Shown: positions 12,120-24,136, counted from the first letter of the whole stretch. The stretch: 61,964 nt of DNA, filler included, from 13 parts of 13 records of this genome joined end to end with filler, not necessarily neighbours in it, one strand, 5' to 3'. Numbers and translations: made by a program. The notes: generated by a model from the letters alone, not told the origin.

Positions 12120-15100
12120 CTAAACATCAGCCGCCTGCTCAGCCGCATCAGGCTCGTCGCCCAGGATGAGATCAGCAGCTTGCTCCGGGGTGGCGTTTGG
12201 CTCCTGGCTGCTCGTTGGAGTGGGGCTCTCAAGCCAATCAGTGACTTGCAACACTTGTTTCACCCGTTGCTTAATAGCCTGGGTGCTTGCTGGAGACAAA
12301 GACGCCTGAGCCGGCGATCTGGAGTGATCCAACTCCTGGCAAGACTCTGCTACGCCTTGCTCAGCCACGGGCCCGAGTAGCGGCTCTATAGCTGCGATGA
12401 TGTAGTCGGTTATACCGGCCGAAGTGGGGCACTCAGCCAAGATGTCTGGAGGCAGACAAACCGCCGTGCCCAGCTGCTCTTGCAGCGAGAAGACCAATTC
12501 ACGGGCCTGCTCTGCCCCCACGCCGCTCTCGGCTAGCAAGTCGTCCCTCCCGATGCTGAGCTCTGTCGCCCCGACGGCGTAGTGCACGAACCTGAGGACC
12601 ATTCTGTCCACACCATCCCGAACCTCCCGCGGCTCGAGGCCCTTTAAACTCGAGACGAACGATTCCTCCGAGAATGCCGGCTGAGCTGGCGATAGCGTGG
12701 CCTGAGGCGGCGTCCTGCCACCGAATCAAGCGAGGTCACAGTGCGGACTCACGACGCGGACCGCTGGCTCCTTGGGGAAGTCCGCTCAACTTCTTCGTTC
12801 GGAGACACCTGGTCGATCGCGTCCCTGACCCACAGAAAGTACATATGTGCGGGGATGCATCGAAGATCAGCGTCGAGCACCATTTGGTCGGCCAACTCCT
12901 CGGACCGACCGGATGCCGGATGCAACCGGAACTCGTCACGGTCCAGCCCGTCCGGATCCACAATAAACAGCTGGGCAAATTCAACCTGTCCAGCCTGCTC
13001 AGCTGGCATCGCCGGCGTATGCCGCGCCTGTGAGACTAACTGTTCACATTCAGCGTGGCAAGTGAGGAACATCACTAGCGACGGCATGTCTTCGGCCCCG
13101 ACCATCTGCACAGCTCGCTCGGGGGTACCACGGGCGGGGGGGCACCTCGCCAGGGGGCAGGAATGTATTGATGAGGTCGGCCGCCTGCAGGATGGATTCT
13201 GTCCAAAGCCTCACTTTCTGCACGGGCGTAGTGCATTTGACCATCGCCAGCACCTGCGCCAGCCGTCACGCTGCATCTGCATCGGTCTGACCATCTCAAG
13301 TGCTGGAGAGAGCAACCCAGCAAACTGCTCGAGCGTGTTGAACCGGTCTGGGTGCAGCTTATGCAGCATCTTGGCCCAACTCGTCTGTCCTTGCTACTGA
13401 GTCCACGCACGGGCGGGTGGCAAACCTCCCAGAATTCTGCCAACCTATTGCCGCGGAACTCTGCCAACCTATTGCAGTCCCAGTTCTGCTGAAGTTGGAT
13501 CACCCGCTGCTGCTTTGAAATCCCGCGCAGCAGCAGCTGAGACCAGGTGAGTGCCGGCTCTGGGAGGCCCCAGCTGCCATCTGGCGACCTGGCCAGCGCT
13601 CGGGCGGCCCTACGGTGCGTCGCACTTAAACTTAGCAAAGTCGACCTCGTCAGAGTCAGACCCGTTTATCTCGCCCTCAGCTGGAGCCGCCTCCTCTTCT
13701 CCTTCGGCTGGAGCTCCCCCACTGACACCAGCAGCGCTCAGCCCGCGCGGCTTGGATGCAGCCACCGCTCATCGCTAGGCCGCCTCCGGAATTTCCGTGG
13801 CCGAGCCATTATTGGGCCGCCCGTTATGTCGTGTGTGATTGGCAGGTAGCCCTTGTGCCCGTCCCAGGTGCTCGCGATCCGCACATAGCTGCATCACCGC
13901 CACTGAGTGGCATATTTGCGGCGGCATGCTCACTCATTGTTGTCCAAGCCTTTCACTAGTACCCCAGGCACCTTCATCCCATGCTTCGGCCCATGGCTCT
14001 CCAGGCTCGCTGGCCGGTCCTGCCCCCCACTCAGCCCGAGCCAGTGCAACTGCTACGTAGAACAGCGGCGAGGCTCGGATCGCAACCCCAGATTCGGCCA
14101 CCACCTCGAACATTTGGACAGCCTGCACCATTCAGACCGGCCGAGCCTGGGGCTCACCCGTCGGGGCTGAGCAAGCCAGGCCGGCGCTTGCTCATCGAAC
14201 ACGCAGGACTCGACCAGCTGGCGCAGCTGGTATTGCTGCAGCAGCGACATATATTGCCAGATACCACTGCCCCGCGCTCACTCACTGCACTCGACCGCAG
14301 CGCACCGTGGCTCGACATTCTCCGGCGGGTCTGTGCGGCAAAACAGCTCGTTAGCGATCGCACCCACGAAGGCAGTGACGTTCTTGGCGGCTCGGTTGTA
14401 TTCCTCTGGCGAGATGCTGTCGCAATCGATTACCGCAATCAGCCTGCTGTGGAACCACGCGAGCAAATCTCTCCCAACCTGTCGCGCGCGCTCAGGCGGC
14501 CCGAGCCAGGCCTGACCTCCCCCTGCGGGGCCGGCTGCGATTTGATGAAGTTCCGGGTGTACTGGACCAGGTCAGAGGGCAGTGCGTCCACCGCGTCGTC
14601 AAGGTAGGTTTCCCTATCAAACGCCCTGGCAAACTGCCTCGCGAGCTGGTTCTCCTCGCGGCAAAGTGTGACACACACGTTGGCAAAGTGTGACAGCTCC
14701 CTCTCCCCGTCGTCCTGCGCGCTCCGGAAGCAGAGCTCCGGAGTGGCTTCCGGGTCGGCGTGCGCTTGGACGGGGCACTGGAGGAAGATGGAGCATAGCC
14801 GGTCCTTGCGCATTAAGAGCTTGACGTTGGACACGTGTTGCCCGAGGCACAGACATCCTTTGAGCCGGGCCTGCGGCTGCTCGTCCGAGAAGTGGAAGAG
14901 CCAGCTGGCGGCTCCGGCGACTGCATACCCTGTGAAGTCGTTCTGCTTAGCTATCAGGATGTATCGGCGCTGCCACTGGTTGCGCCAACCCCAGGGCAGC
15001 TCCAGGTGGCCTGACCAGAGCACGGTGGCCGAGAGCGAGATGTTGATCCGGGTGATGTTTCCCGAGGGGCAACGGGCCCAGGTGTTGTCCGCCTGCAGCC

Positions 15101-15137
15101 CCCCCAGCGAGGCCCAGAAAGCGGCCACGTCAACCAT
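12120..15137 (-). CDS. PH + SH3-like + VPS9 (Rab5-family GEF) protein with C-terminal acyl-carrier-protein-like domain
   Basis: About 12 short introns restore one frame. PH: SGHLELPWGWRNQWQRRYILI...LKGCLCL. SH3-like: FEVVAESGVAIRASP...HKGYLPI. VPS9: TPVQKVRLW...MVGAEDMPSLVMFL...LVSQVEFAQLF. ACP-like: DDLLAESGVGAEQARELVFSLQEQLG...LPPDILAECPT. Confidence 0.75.
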
Positions 15138-15615
15138 CTTGGCCTCCCCCGCGGCCGAGCTTCGGTCAACCGACTGAGCCCGCCCGCCGGTGGCTTAGCG
15201 CTGGCCTGTATGGGGCCGATCCACAACCCGCGCGCTGCTGATGCTTAGGCCCTTAGTGACGCGCCATCCAACAGCACTTTTCTGTTGCCCTCACGTTGCT
15301 GCGATTTCCAAGCAGACAGACTTGACAGCCTGAGGGATTTCCAACTGAAGTGAAGGTGCAGTGCAGACGGTAAGGAGACGAGGATTTCCACGATTTCCAA
15401 GCAGACGATCATCTGCAACTATGAGTGGATCTCCAAATTAAAGCTGAGATTCGATGAGGTTCCCATAGGAACCCACAGCGAGTGCTAGGAGCGTTAGGAG
15501 GAAGAAGAAGGCCTTCGAACTTCTCCCGCAAGACTTTGCCCCAAGACACCTACAAGACACCTTCGAAGCGCATAGATGAAATTCGATTAATTTAACTACT
15601 TGTAGTCCTAGAAAT

Positions 15616-16045
15616 TCAGTCCGAATCTTCCTCGTCCGCCTCGCTATCGGTAGAACTATCCGAATCCTCATCGCTAGTCTCTACATGTGGGTCGGCCTCC
15701 TTCTCCTCCTCTTCATCGGGAGGCGGCGGAGGCGGCTGCTCGAGCTCTTCTTTGGCTACCTTGTTTTGCAGCTGCGGCTGCGCCCTCTTCTTCTGCGCAC
15801 TCTTCTTCAGCTGGGTCTGCGCCTTCCTCGTCTGCCTTTGCCACCTTGGCCTGGCCATCTTCCCCTAACCTCCTTTCCCTTAGAGCCTCCATCTCCGCAT
15901 GCTTCAGAACCGCCTCCTCAGCGAGTGTTTTCTGCCCTCCCCGCGGTACCTGCGTCACTTCCTCAACTTGCTCCTTCTTCTGCGTCTTCTTCGGCTGCGC
16001 TGTCTTCTTCTGCTCCTTCTTCTGCGTCTTCTTCTGCGTCTTCTT
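15616..16045 (-). CDS. 3' part of a low-complexity K/Q/E/D-rich hypothetical protein (5' cut by contig end)
   Basis: KKTQ repeats, polyP and acidic tail; two frames can be joined by a 34-nt GT-AG intron. Confidence 0.45.
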
Positions 16046-16281
16046 NNNNNNNNNNNNNNNNNNNNNNNNNNNNNNNNNNNNNNNNNNNNTTAATTAATTA
16101 ANNNNNNNNNNNNNNNNNNNNNNNNNNNNNNNNNNNNNNNNNNNNACGTTAGTTATCTAATAAAACCCGAGTTGTCGGTACTACGTTCAAGTTACGTTCA
16201 AGTCATGACTCGTATTGTAGTAGTATTGTAGAGTTTTCATCATGTTCTCTTTTACAAATTACAAATGCTCCCAAATGCACA

Positions 16282-19030
16282 TCAAATATGCATCGACCCA
16301 TGGTGTACGGGTGCCTTTGTTTGTACCGACGATTTATCTGATGTCACTAAGCACGCTTTCGCGTCACCTTTGGTAAACTTGCACTCGATCCATTCCTCTC
16401 CACCGTGTATAAATTGAACAATCAATCGGCCATCAAAGACGTGCTTCACCTACAGAGCCACAACAGTCACAAGACTAATAAGCCCAGGCTCAGGCTCACC
16501 TGCCCACTCATCCCAACCTCCAGTTCCCTAGGAAGCCTCGCCTTGCTCGTACGATAAACGCTCCTGAGCTGCACCATACAGCCCTTTGGAAATCCCCATA
16601 GTTCGGCCAAGTCGGCTCGAGCAGTGGTCTTGCCCACTGGCCGAGGTCGCACCGCTGCGTTACCACCAGCAGCCGCTGACGACGACTGAGATTGATTGTT
16701 TGCCCTTCCTGCCGTGGGCTTGCCCAGCGGCCTGTCGCTCGGATCCTCCCATTCTTGCTCCAAATCGGCCGTCGGCCTGCACGGCTTGCACACTTTCCCC
16801 TCCAAGCACAACCCGACGTACGTCTGCAGCCGCTTTGTCTCATTCGGGAGGTCGAACCGACTTCTAATCTGGAACTTCTGGTGGCAGTCACATGCGCAGC
16901 ACACACATTTCTGGCACTCCTCACAGTTGACCCTCACTCTGGATGGGTCGTGCGCTCGTCTAGTGGTGGGATAGTGCCCTCTACTCGAGGTCAGTTCGCC
17001 CATCGGGGGCGCGGCCTCTGTGTTTTCATAGTAGCACTTGATGCAGATGTTAAAGTCTCGCTGCAGTAGCGTCTCACACCCTTGGCAGTGCGCATACCTC
17101 TGGCTCAGCTCCCTCTTGCAGATCTTGCATTCAAACCCCTCCACCAGGTACGGATCGATCGACTGGGCCTCCAGCCCTACCCAGGTGTCAATTTTCTCTG
17201 GACCGACCAGTTTGAGATTCAGCGTCTGCTCGGGTTGAGACTGGATCAAGAAGTCTAGCGGAGCCTGCAGCCCCTTGAGCGTCTTGGTAGCATACACCCC
17301 GAGCGCTTTGGTGGCCGGCTGGAGGTTCTCTGTCCACGGCGGCATCATGTACGCTGCCCAATCCTGCTCATCCTGCCCAGTTTCCCCTGTATTGTCAGCC
17401 TGTGATGCCGCCTTTTCTGCTTGTGCTGGGGCCAGATTGTCTGCGCTAGCCTCAACACCCCCAGCTGGCAACGCGCCGCCGTTCTGCGGGGCCTCCTCGC
17501 GGGGCCTCTTGACCCCTCTAGCCTGTGAGCTCTCACGGGCCTCCATCGCCTTGACAACCTCGTACTTTGCGAGCGTAACCTTGATCATATTGATCAGGCA
17601 CAGCTCAGTCACCCCCAGCGAGCCCACTCTGGCGGCCTGGTTGTGCATTGCGCTGCACAGAGGCGCCAACAGCTCCCGCTGCAAGCCGGCCGGGGAACAG
17701 CCAGTGAACACCCAGTCCCAAGCCACACTCACGCAAACATCGTTGCCCGTAGTCCGGTCCGGAGGCCTAGCCTTGCGGAACGCATGCAGCCGGCCCTTGT
17801 TGATGTGCACGTATTCGCCCGGGCCCAGAGTGAACGCGGCCGGCATCGCGCCCATCTGCCTCAGCTTCTGCAGCTGCTCCTCAGTTGGCCACCCTGCCAC
17901 TGCCTCGCCCCCAGCCACCCCGCCCAGCGCACCAGGCTTGACAGTCCCATCGTCGTGCGGCAGCGCCCGTCGATCGTACACCGACTGCCCGCGCAGGATC
18001 TGTCCGCCGGCCTCACGATAGCCCCAGCCAGCCGCTGCCTCCATCGCCTTCTGCTTTTCTTTCTCATCGAGCCGCTGCAGCATCACGACCTCGTTGTACC
18101 CCTGCTGTCCGGTCAGCCGCCACCCGCCTGCCCATGCCCACCCGCAGACACTGGTGCGCCGAGTCGACCGTGCCGTGCCCATCCTCGTGAAACCAAGTGA
18201 AGCTGCCTGGCGGTGTCACGTACAGGTTTGGCCCCATCGCCGGACGAGAGTACTCGCTCACGTACTGCCGCCAGTCAGGCCGCACAGGCACCGCGCAGCT
18301 ACCTTGAGGGCGCAGTGCTCGCCCCCGGTGCGGAAGCCCCGGAGCGCGTGGTTCTGCGAGAGGTCGAGAACTAGCTCCGGCAGGTAGTACGACATGTTGA
18401 AATCCACCAGATATATGCTGGTCCGGCGCGTGTCGAACCTGACCGGCCGGCCCTCGTGGTTGGTCACCTGCCGCCCACTCAGGCCCAGCGCCCGCCCAGG
18501 CTCACCGTCACCCACGGGCTGCCCGCCGAATCGCCCGGGTGCGCCCCGAGCGCCCGGCTCCGGGCGTCCAGGTACCGGCCATAGTCGCTGATGGTCATCG
18601 ACGCCCACTCCGTCTCCTGCCAGGCGTCCGGCTGCGCGGCTGGCCCCGGCTCCTCCCGTCGGAAAACCCTGAACTTGTGGTACATGAGCGTGGCGCACCG
18701 GGCCCGCACATACTCCCAGTCCCACATGTGCCTGTCGAGCCGCTTGTGCGCGCCCTTGACGATCACCGTCACCCACGGCTCCATCATCCGCATCATCACC
18801 CACCGCAAATCCGCTGGCTCCAGCTCGCCCGAGCGTGAGACGTCCACCCGCACAATGTGCGGGTTCGCTGGGTCGACCCTGTACTCGGCGCCGGTCTGAG
18901 GGAAGGCCGGCAGCGGCCCCTTGCCCGCTGGCGGGGCCGCCGGCTCGGCACTGCTGGCAACAGCGGCCGCAGGCTCAGGCGCACTGCTGGCAACAGCTGT
19001 GTCCGCCTCAGCAGCTGCAGGGTCTACCAT
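16282..19030 (-). CDS. JmjC-domain 2OG/Fe(II) dioxygenase with Cys-rich Zn-finger region (putative demethylase/hydroxylase)
   Basis: Spliced NLYVTPPGSFTWFHEDGHG (HxD) and GEYVHINKGRLHAFRK (distal His), CVSVAWDW; several CxxC pairs; four GT-AG introns. Confidence 0.85.
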
Positions 19031-19104
19031 CGCCTCAGCAGCTCACGAGCTGTTCAGAGTGAGAGTAACGGACCCTTGACGACGCACCGGGTCTGCGGCC
19101 AACC

Positions 19105-20982
19105 ATGCTCCCGATACTAGCTGCTAGCGCTGACACGAGCCGGGCACTGCTGGCACCACTGCTCGCCCTGCTGGCCGCGGTCGCTTCATCGGCGACGTCA
19201 GGCTTCCCGCTGTACGACCCTCTCCCTCCGACTGGGGTCAGCTTCAACAGCTCGGACCGGGCTCTGCTCGGGCTCTATCAGCACGGGGCCGGGCAGGAGG
19301 CCAAGAACGGCCAGCTCTTCCTCCGCCAGCCGCCGATGCGGGTGATCGAGGAGGGCAAGCAATACACTGGGGCCTGGCTAGAGACCCAGCCAATGGCCGG
19401 CGCCATGTACGCCCCCCGCAGCGTCCGGCTCGCCCTGGACAACCAGCTTGTTTTCATCAGGGCCCAGAGGCAAGACGGCCGGCTTCCGCATCGAGTGGAT
19501 CCTTGCAACGGCGGCGGCGCCAGCTCTCCGGACCCGCGCTGCCTGAGCCTGCGGCCCGGCTGGTGCCTCACGCTGCAAGGGCTATACATGGCCAGCCCGG
19601 CGGTAGATGTGGCCTGGTTCATGCGGATGCAGCCGGGCAATCAGGCGCACAGCTACCTGGCGGAGCTGGCAGACTCCCTCGAGCGGTATGATCGCTACCT
19701 GTGGAGCACCCGCAACGACTCGGGCTGCTATGCGCTCTTTAACTTCACAACCAAGACTCCGAACTGCCCGGCCGCACCCTCGGCGGGGGCAGCTGATGCG
19801 CGCGGGCTGCTGTGGGCGGTCGGTACCAGGGGTGGCTCGACTGGTGACACAGGAGAAGACCACAGCACTAAGTACTGCAGGGAGCCCAGCCGGTCTGGGC
19901 CACCTACCAACTGCGATACACTGCCGGGTGTTCTGTCCATGGACATGATGGGCTACAGCTACGACATTCGGCGCTCGTTAGCCCGAATCGCGGCACTTGC
20001 CGGCGATCGAGCCACTGAGATAAAGTGGCTCAAATCAGCCGCCACAGTGGCCGCGCGGGCCACGGCCGGCCTGTGGAGGCCGGAGCTGTCTGCCATGTAT
20101 GATCGGTACGCGGACGACTCGTGGGTGCCTACGCTGCAGCACAATAACCTGCGCATGATGTGGCTTGGGTTGTTTACCCAGGCGCAAGCCGACGCCTTCG
20201 TTGCCAACAACCTGATGAACACCTCCAGATTCTGGACACGGATGCCACTCCCTTCAATATCCGTAGACGACTGGCACTTTTACGATGGAGAAGGTAACAA
20301 CTGGTCGGGAGCACCACAAGGTCTCACAGTACAGCGCGCCATCCGGGCACTCGAAGCGTACGGCCACCACGCTGAGAGCGTTATGCTTGGGCTGGCACTG
20401 ACCGGGGCACTGCTGACCCCCGCATGTGCTGCCGACGGTTCCAAGTGCGGATTCCCACAGCAGATCAATCCATTCACGGCCGTGCCCGAGCCCGGAGACG
20501 GGTACGGCCCAATGATAATCTCTCTGCTCGAGTACACTGCAAGGAGAGTGGGCGTGGTCCCTGTGCCCGGGGGTACGGGCGGTGTGCTGCTCTGGACCGG
20601 AGTATTCGAGGCCGGCAAGCCCACCACTTCTGAGTACACCCAACTTCTCGGAGAGAGCACGTTTATGCTGCAGAGCCGGAGCGACGGGAGCAGTGCGTAT
20701 GCAGTCGGGATCCAGAGTGTGGGCGGTCGGTCGGATGTGCTCTTTAACGCGACGGCAACCGGCGCTATGATGAACGGGGTAAGGGTGGTCACGTCTGAGA
20801 GCGGGGCTGTGCTCGGACTTCAAGGGGTAGCAAACTCGAGCCAACGGGTGCACATAGCGATCCGGGGGCTAACAAACCAGCTGGTGCTCGATGTGGCCCC
20901 AAATCAGGAGTTTGCATTCAATGCTACCTCAGCATCGATGCAGCTCGCGCGCGCCGTACCTTTCGTTGCTCCACATCCTTAG
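19105..20982 (+). CDS. Secreted six-hairpin glycoside hydrolase-like protein (GH63/MGH1-like), intronless
   Basis: 625-aa uninterrupted ORF, hydrophobic N-terminal signal, motifs GAWLETQPM, DNQLVFI..QR.DGRLP, FWTRMPLPSIS, NNWSGAPQGLT, GFPQQINPFT. Confidence 0.7.
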   Translation: MLPILAASADTSRALLAPLLALLAAVASSATSGFPLYDPLPPTGVSFNSSDRALLGLYQHGAGQEAKNGQLFLRQPPMRVIEEGKQYTGAWLETQPMAGAMYAPRSVRLALDNQLVFIRAQRQDGRLPHRVDPCNGGGASSPDPRCLSLRPGWCLTLQGLYMASPAVDVAWFMRMQPGNQAHSYLAELADSLERYDRYLWSTRNDSGCYALFNFTTKTPNCPAAPSAGAADARGLLWAVGTRGGSTGDTGEDHSTKYCREPSRSGPPTNCDTLPGVLSMDMMGYSYDIRRSLARIAALAGDRATEIKWLKSAATVAARATAGLWRPELSAMYDRYADDSWVPTLQHNNLRMMWLGLFTQAQADAFVANNLMNTSRFWTRMPLPSISVDDWHFYDGEGNNWSGAPQGLTVQRAIRALEAYGHHAESVMLGLALTGALLTPACAADGSKCGFPQQINPFTAVPEPGDGYGPMIISLLEYTARRVGVVPVPGGTGGVLLWTGVFEAGKPTTSEYTQLLGESTFMLQSRSDGSSAYAVGIQSVGGRSDVLFNATATGAMMNGVRVVTSESGAVLGLQGVANSSQRVHIAIRGLTNQLVLDVAPNQEFAFNATSASMQLARAVPFVAPHP

Positions 20983-21025
20983 ATCTGATGACCTACACTG
21001 GTACAAGTTCGTACGAGTACGGACA

Positions 21026-21081
21026 GTACTCGCGATCGCTACTGAAGGACCAGTACGGTACTCGCGATCGCCACTGAAGGA
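21026..21081 (+). repeat. Two copies of a 24-nt direct repeat (period 32) at contig end
   Basis: gtactcgcgatcgc(t/c)actgaagga at 21026-21049 and 21058-21081. Confidence 0.85.
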
Positions 21082-21185
21082 TACANNNNNNNNNNNNNNN
21101 NNNNNNNNNNNNNNNNNNNNNNNNNNNNNTTAATTAATTAANNNNNNNNNNNNNNNNNNNNNNNNNNNNNNNNNNNNNNNNNNNN

Positions 21186-21733
21186 GGTGGAGGGCCGCCA
21201 GGTGAGAAGGGTGATTGCCGGCGGCGTGCCTGCTGTGCACGTCGAGGGGGGTGGCTGCTGTTTGAGCATGAAGTGGACGGGACCCGACCACATCAGTTCG
21301 ATGGTGCAGGCTATCGATCTTGATATCGATGGCGAGCTGGCGGATGGCGCAAATACAGCCAGGGGCCGAGTGCGGCGTGAAGGGACCCGTGGATCACGCC
21401 GAGAGTTTGCCGATGCAGTCGAGCAGTCCAAGGCCACCGAACCCCTGGCTGCGCAAGAGGATGCGCAAATGGAAGAGGCCATACAGATGTCGCTGGATGC
21501 TGCTGCTGGGAGTTCCCTTGGGTACCCGCTCCGTGCAGGCGCGGGTAGAGGAGTTGAGGACCCAGCTCGGTGAGCTGGTGGACCTGCTTGGGAAGGCGCG
21601 TGCAGCGACTGCCCAGAGCACCCTGACGACAGGGAGGGCTAACTGGGTTTTGCGGTGTACCAAAGTTCAGACCCAACTATTTGACAATGTGGAGGTAGAA
21701 AAAATCATCCCGACATCTGGCAACGGACTTTGA
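21186..21733 (+). CDS. 3' part of a hypothetical protein with a UIM-like motif; splice and stop uncertain
   Basis: Open from contig start; EDAQMEEAIQMSL fits the ubiquitin-interacting motif pattern. Confidence 0.45.
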
Positions 21734-21741
21734 GACTCATC

Positions 21742-23254
21742 ATGCTGGGGCTGCTCTCGGCTGCTCTTGCGCTCGTGGGCGGGGCGGCGGCCAACTCAGC
21801 AGCGATCCAGGCGGCGGCCGACCGGGCAGAGATCGCGTCGTTCGGCGGGCGCGGCTTCGGGGACCGGCCGGGCTACTTTGAGGCCAGCGAGCTCCGGCGG
21901 TCCGGCAGATACCTGAAGGCCGCCCGCAAGTGGCACAAGGAGGCGGTCCGGGTGGCCGCGCTGGACACCGGGGAGGAGGAGCCCGAGGAGGACGTGGTGG
22001 TACCCAGCTGGCTCTCCCTCCAGGCGACTCCCCCCGACTGGCCGCCCCCCGAGCGGCTGGTCAGCACCTGGAGGCGGCCGCGCTGCTGGCCGGCAGCTCG
22101 TGGGAACACGCTCTGCAGGTGGCCGCCGTGGCGGTGGCGCTGCCGGCGGTGGCGGGGGCGGATGATGTGGACCCGCAGACGGTGCTCCGTCTGCTGCACA
22201 CCGCTTGTCAGCGAGCGCCGCGGGCCGAGCTCATTGCCAAGCTCAACCCGCTGGTCCGGGCCGCCGCCGATCCCGGGCTGCGGCGGGAGCTCCGGAGGCT
22301 CGCCACCGGCTGGGAGGCCGGCGCCGAGTGCAGGTTGGACGGGCCCGAGACGCTGGCAGCGCCCAGGAACCAGCTGACTGTGGAGCGAAAGTGCGACGCT
22401 GCAAGCTGGTGCCAGCCCCAGCCCAGCCCGGCCGAGCGGTGGCAGCGGGGGGCTCCAGCAGCATGCGCTCTGGCCGGTGCGCGTGGCCACCGCCCGGCTG
22501 GATCTGCCCGAAGGGGCGCACGCCGAGCTGAGTCAGATGGCTGTGGCCAAATACAGGCAGTTCACGGCAGCACACCCGCGAGACCGGCCTGAGGACATCA
22601 ACAACCTGTTCTTCGACCGGCAGCTCAAGGGCGCGGAGGCACTCACCGCCCGCGGTCGGTGGTCGGCCGGCTGTGGGCTGACTGTAGGCAGGCGGCACTG
22701 TATGGCCTGAGCTGTACAGAAGCGAGCTGTTCAGGACTCTCCGGAGCTCCATCCACAGGATGGCTGTGGAGCAGGCCGCCCGGGTCTCCAAGATGCCCCG
22801 CGAGCGGCTCGAGCGGTGGCCGCCCCCCGGCCGGGCTGAGCTTAGGGCAGCGCTGAGTTTATCCTGTGGGCTGCGGTCTACACGGCAGACACGCCCCACC
22901 TGACCCACGTGCACGAAAGCTCGGTGGTCTCAGGCTCGTACTACAGCCAGGCCGAGCCGGGCACCGCCCCGATCGTGTTCATGGACCCGCGGGGCGGGCA
23001 GCCGATGCACAACGACGCAATCCAGGTGCCACTCGCACGGACAGCCCGGCTCACCCGACCGGCAGCCCGAGACGGAGCCGGAGGCCCCATTCGTGCACTC
23101 GACTAGTTTCTTCCCGGACACGGGCGACATCGTGATCTTTCCCTCCTGGCTGCCGCACCGGGTGCCGCCGGCACCGCGTGGGCAGCAACCGCGAGTGTCC
23201 TGGGCGTTCAACCTGCAGGCCGGGCCTGATAGCTGGCTCGCCACCACCCACTGA
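21742..23254 (+). CDS. Signal-peptide-bearing 2OG-Fe(II) oxygenase (TIGR02466 / 2OG-FeII_Oxy_5-like)
   Basis: MLGLLSAALALVGGAAA leader; C-terminal HLTHVHESSVVSGSYY, IVFMDPRG, GDIVIFPSWLPHRVP, RVSWAFNL; multi-exon, internal splice sites not all resolved. Confidence 0.8.
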
Positions 23255-23435
23255 CCGATGGGTCAGGAAGACTCGGCCGAATAAAGCCGCGCGTACTCTG
23301 TACCGTAAGTTATATATCGTTTCTGCGAGTACCATGCAAAGTCTATGTACACGTAATGTTACTCATACACGTACTCATAGGTCAGCATTGATGCTGGTTT
23401 CACTGGCAGCCGCTATCACGAGCCGTCGCCAGCCG

Positions 23436-24002
23436 TCATAGTGAACTCTTGTGCTGGCCGCCCAGCCGCTCGACGGCGTCGCACAGCCGGCAGATCGAAT
23501 CGCGCAGCCACGGCCCGATCGCCAGCCGGTCGAAGCCTCGCAGTCGCGGCTCCACCAGCCGCAGCTCCAGCCGCGCCCCCACCGGCAGCCGGGCCAGCGC
23601 ATCCAGCCCCAGCGCCGGCCCGCCCCGCACTGGGTCAAACAGTACAGCCTCGGCCCGCTCGGACCGGCCGGACGTTGAGACCACCGCCACCGCCACCGCC
23701 GGCGCACCAGCCCCACCGCAGCGCACCAGCCCCACCCACGCCCCAGGGTCGGGCCGGTCGATCAGCCGGAGCAGCACGGTGGGACAGCGGATCTCCCGGC
23801 ACTCCGGGCTGCAGTAGCCGGCCACCACCGCCCGGAGCCTCGCCATCCCCGCCGCCGACCGCACCGCTGCGACCGCGGGGCGCGAGAGGAGGTAAGGGTA
23901 CCGGAGCTGGGAGGCGCCGACTGTGTGCGTCAGATCCGGCTGACCGGGCGAGCCGTGCCAGTCCAGCTCCGCCCCGAGGCTAGGCCCCGCCCAGCTCGGC
24001 AT
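23436..24002 (-). CDS. Hypothetical protein
   Basis: Open frame fills the gap between the oxygenase and myosin; no family recognised. Confidence 0.45.
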   Translation of the reverse strand: MPSWAGPSLGAELDWHGSPGQPDLTHTVGASQLRYPYLLSRPAVAAVRSAAGMARLRAVVAGYCSPECREIRCPTVLLRLIDRPDPGAWVGLVRCGGAGAPAVAVAVVSTSGRSERAEAVLFDPVRGGPALGLDALARLPVGARLELRLVEPRLRGFDRLAIGPWLRDSICRLCDAVERLGGQHKSSL

Positions 24003-24136
24003 GCCCCCCCCCGCCCGGCGAACTATGCCGCCGGCTGTCGCCGCCGCTGAGCGGTCACCTGAGCGGAGGACGTTTTGCCGTTGCTCCAACTCGCACTGCT
24101 GCGACAGGCTGCAGGGCAGCGGTCCAGGCAGCGGCG

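Noticed and set aside
21026-21081. CRISPR-like repeat
   Set aside because: Only two copies, an 8-nt spacer, no cas genes, eukaryotic context.
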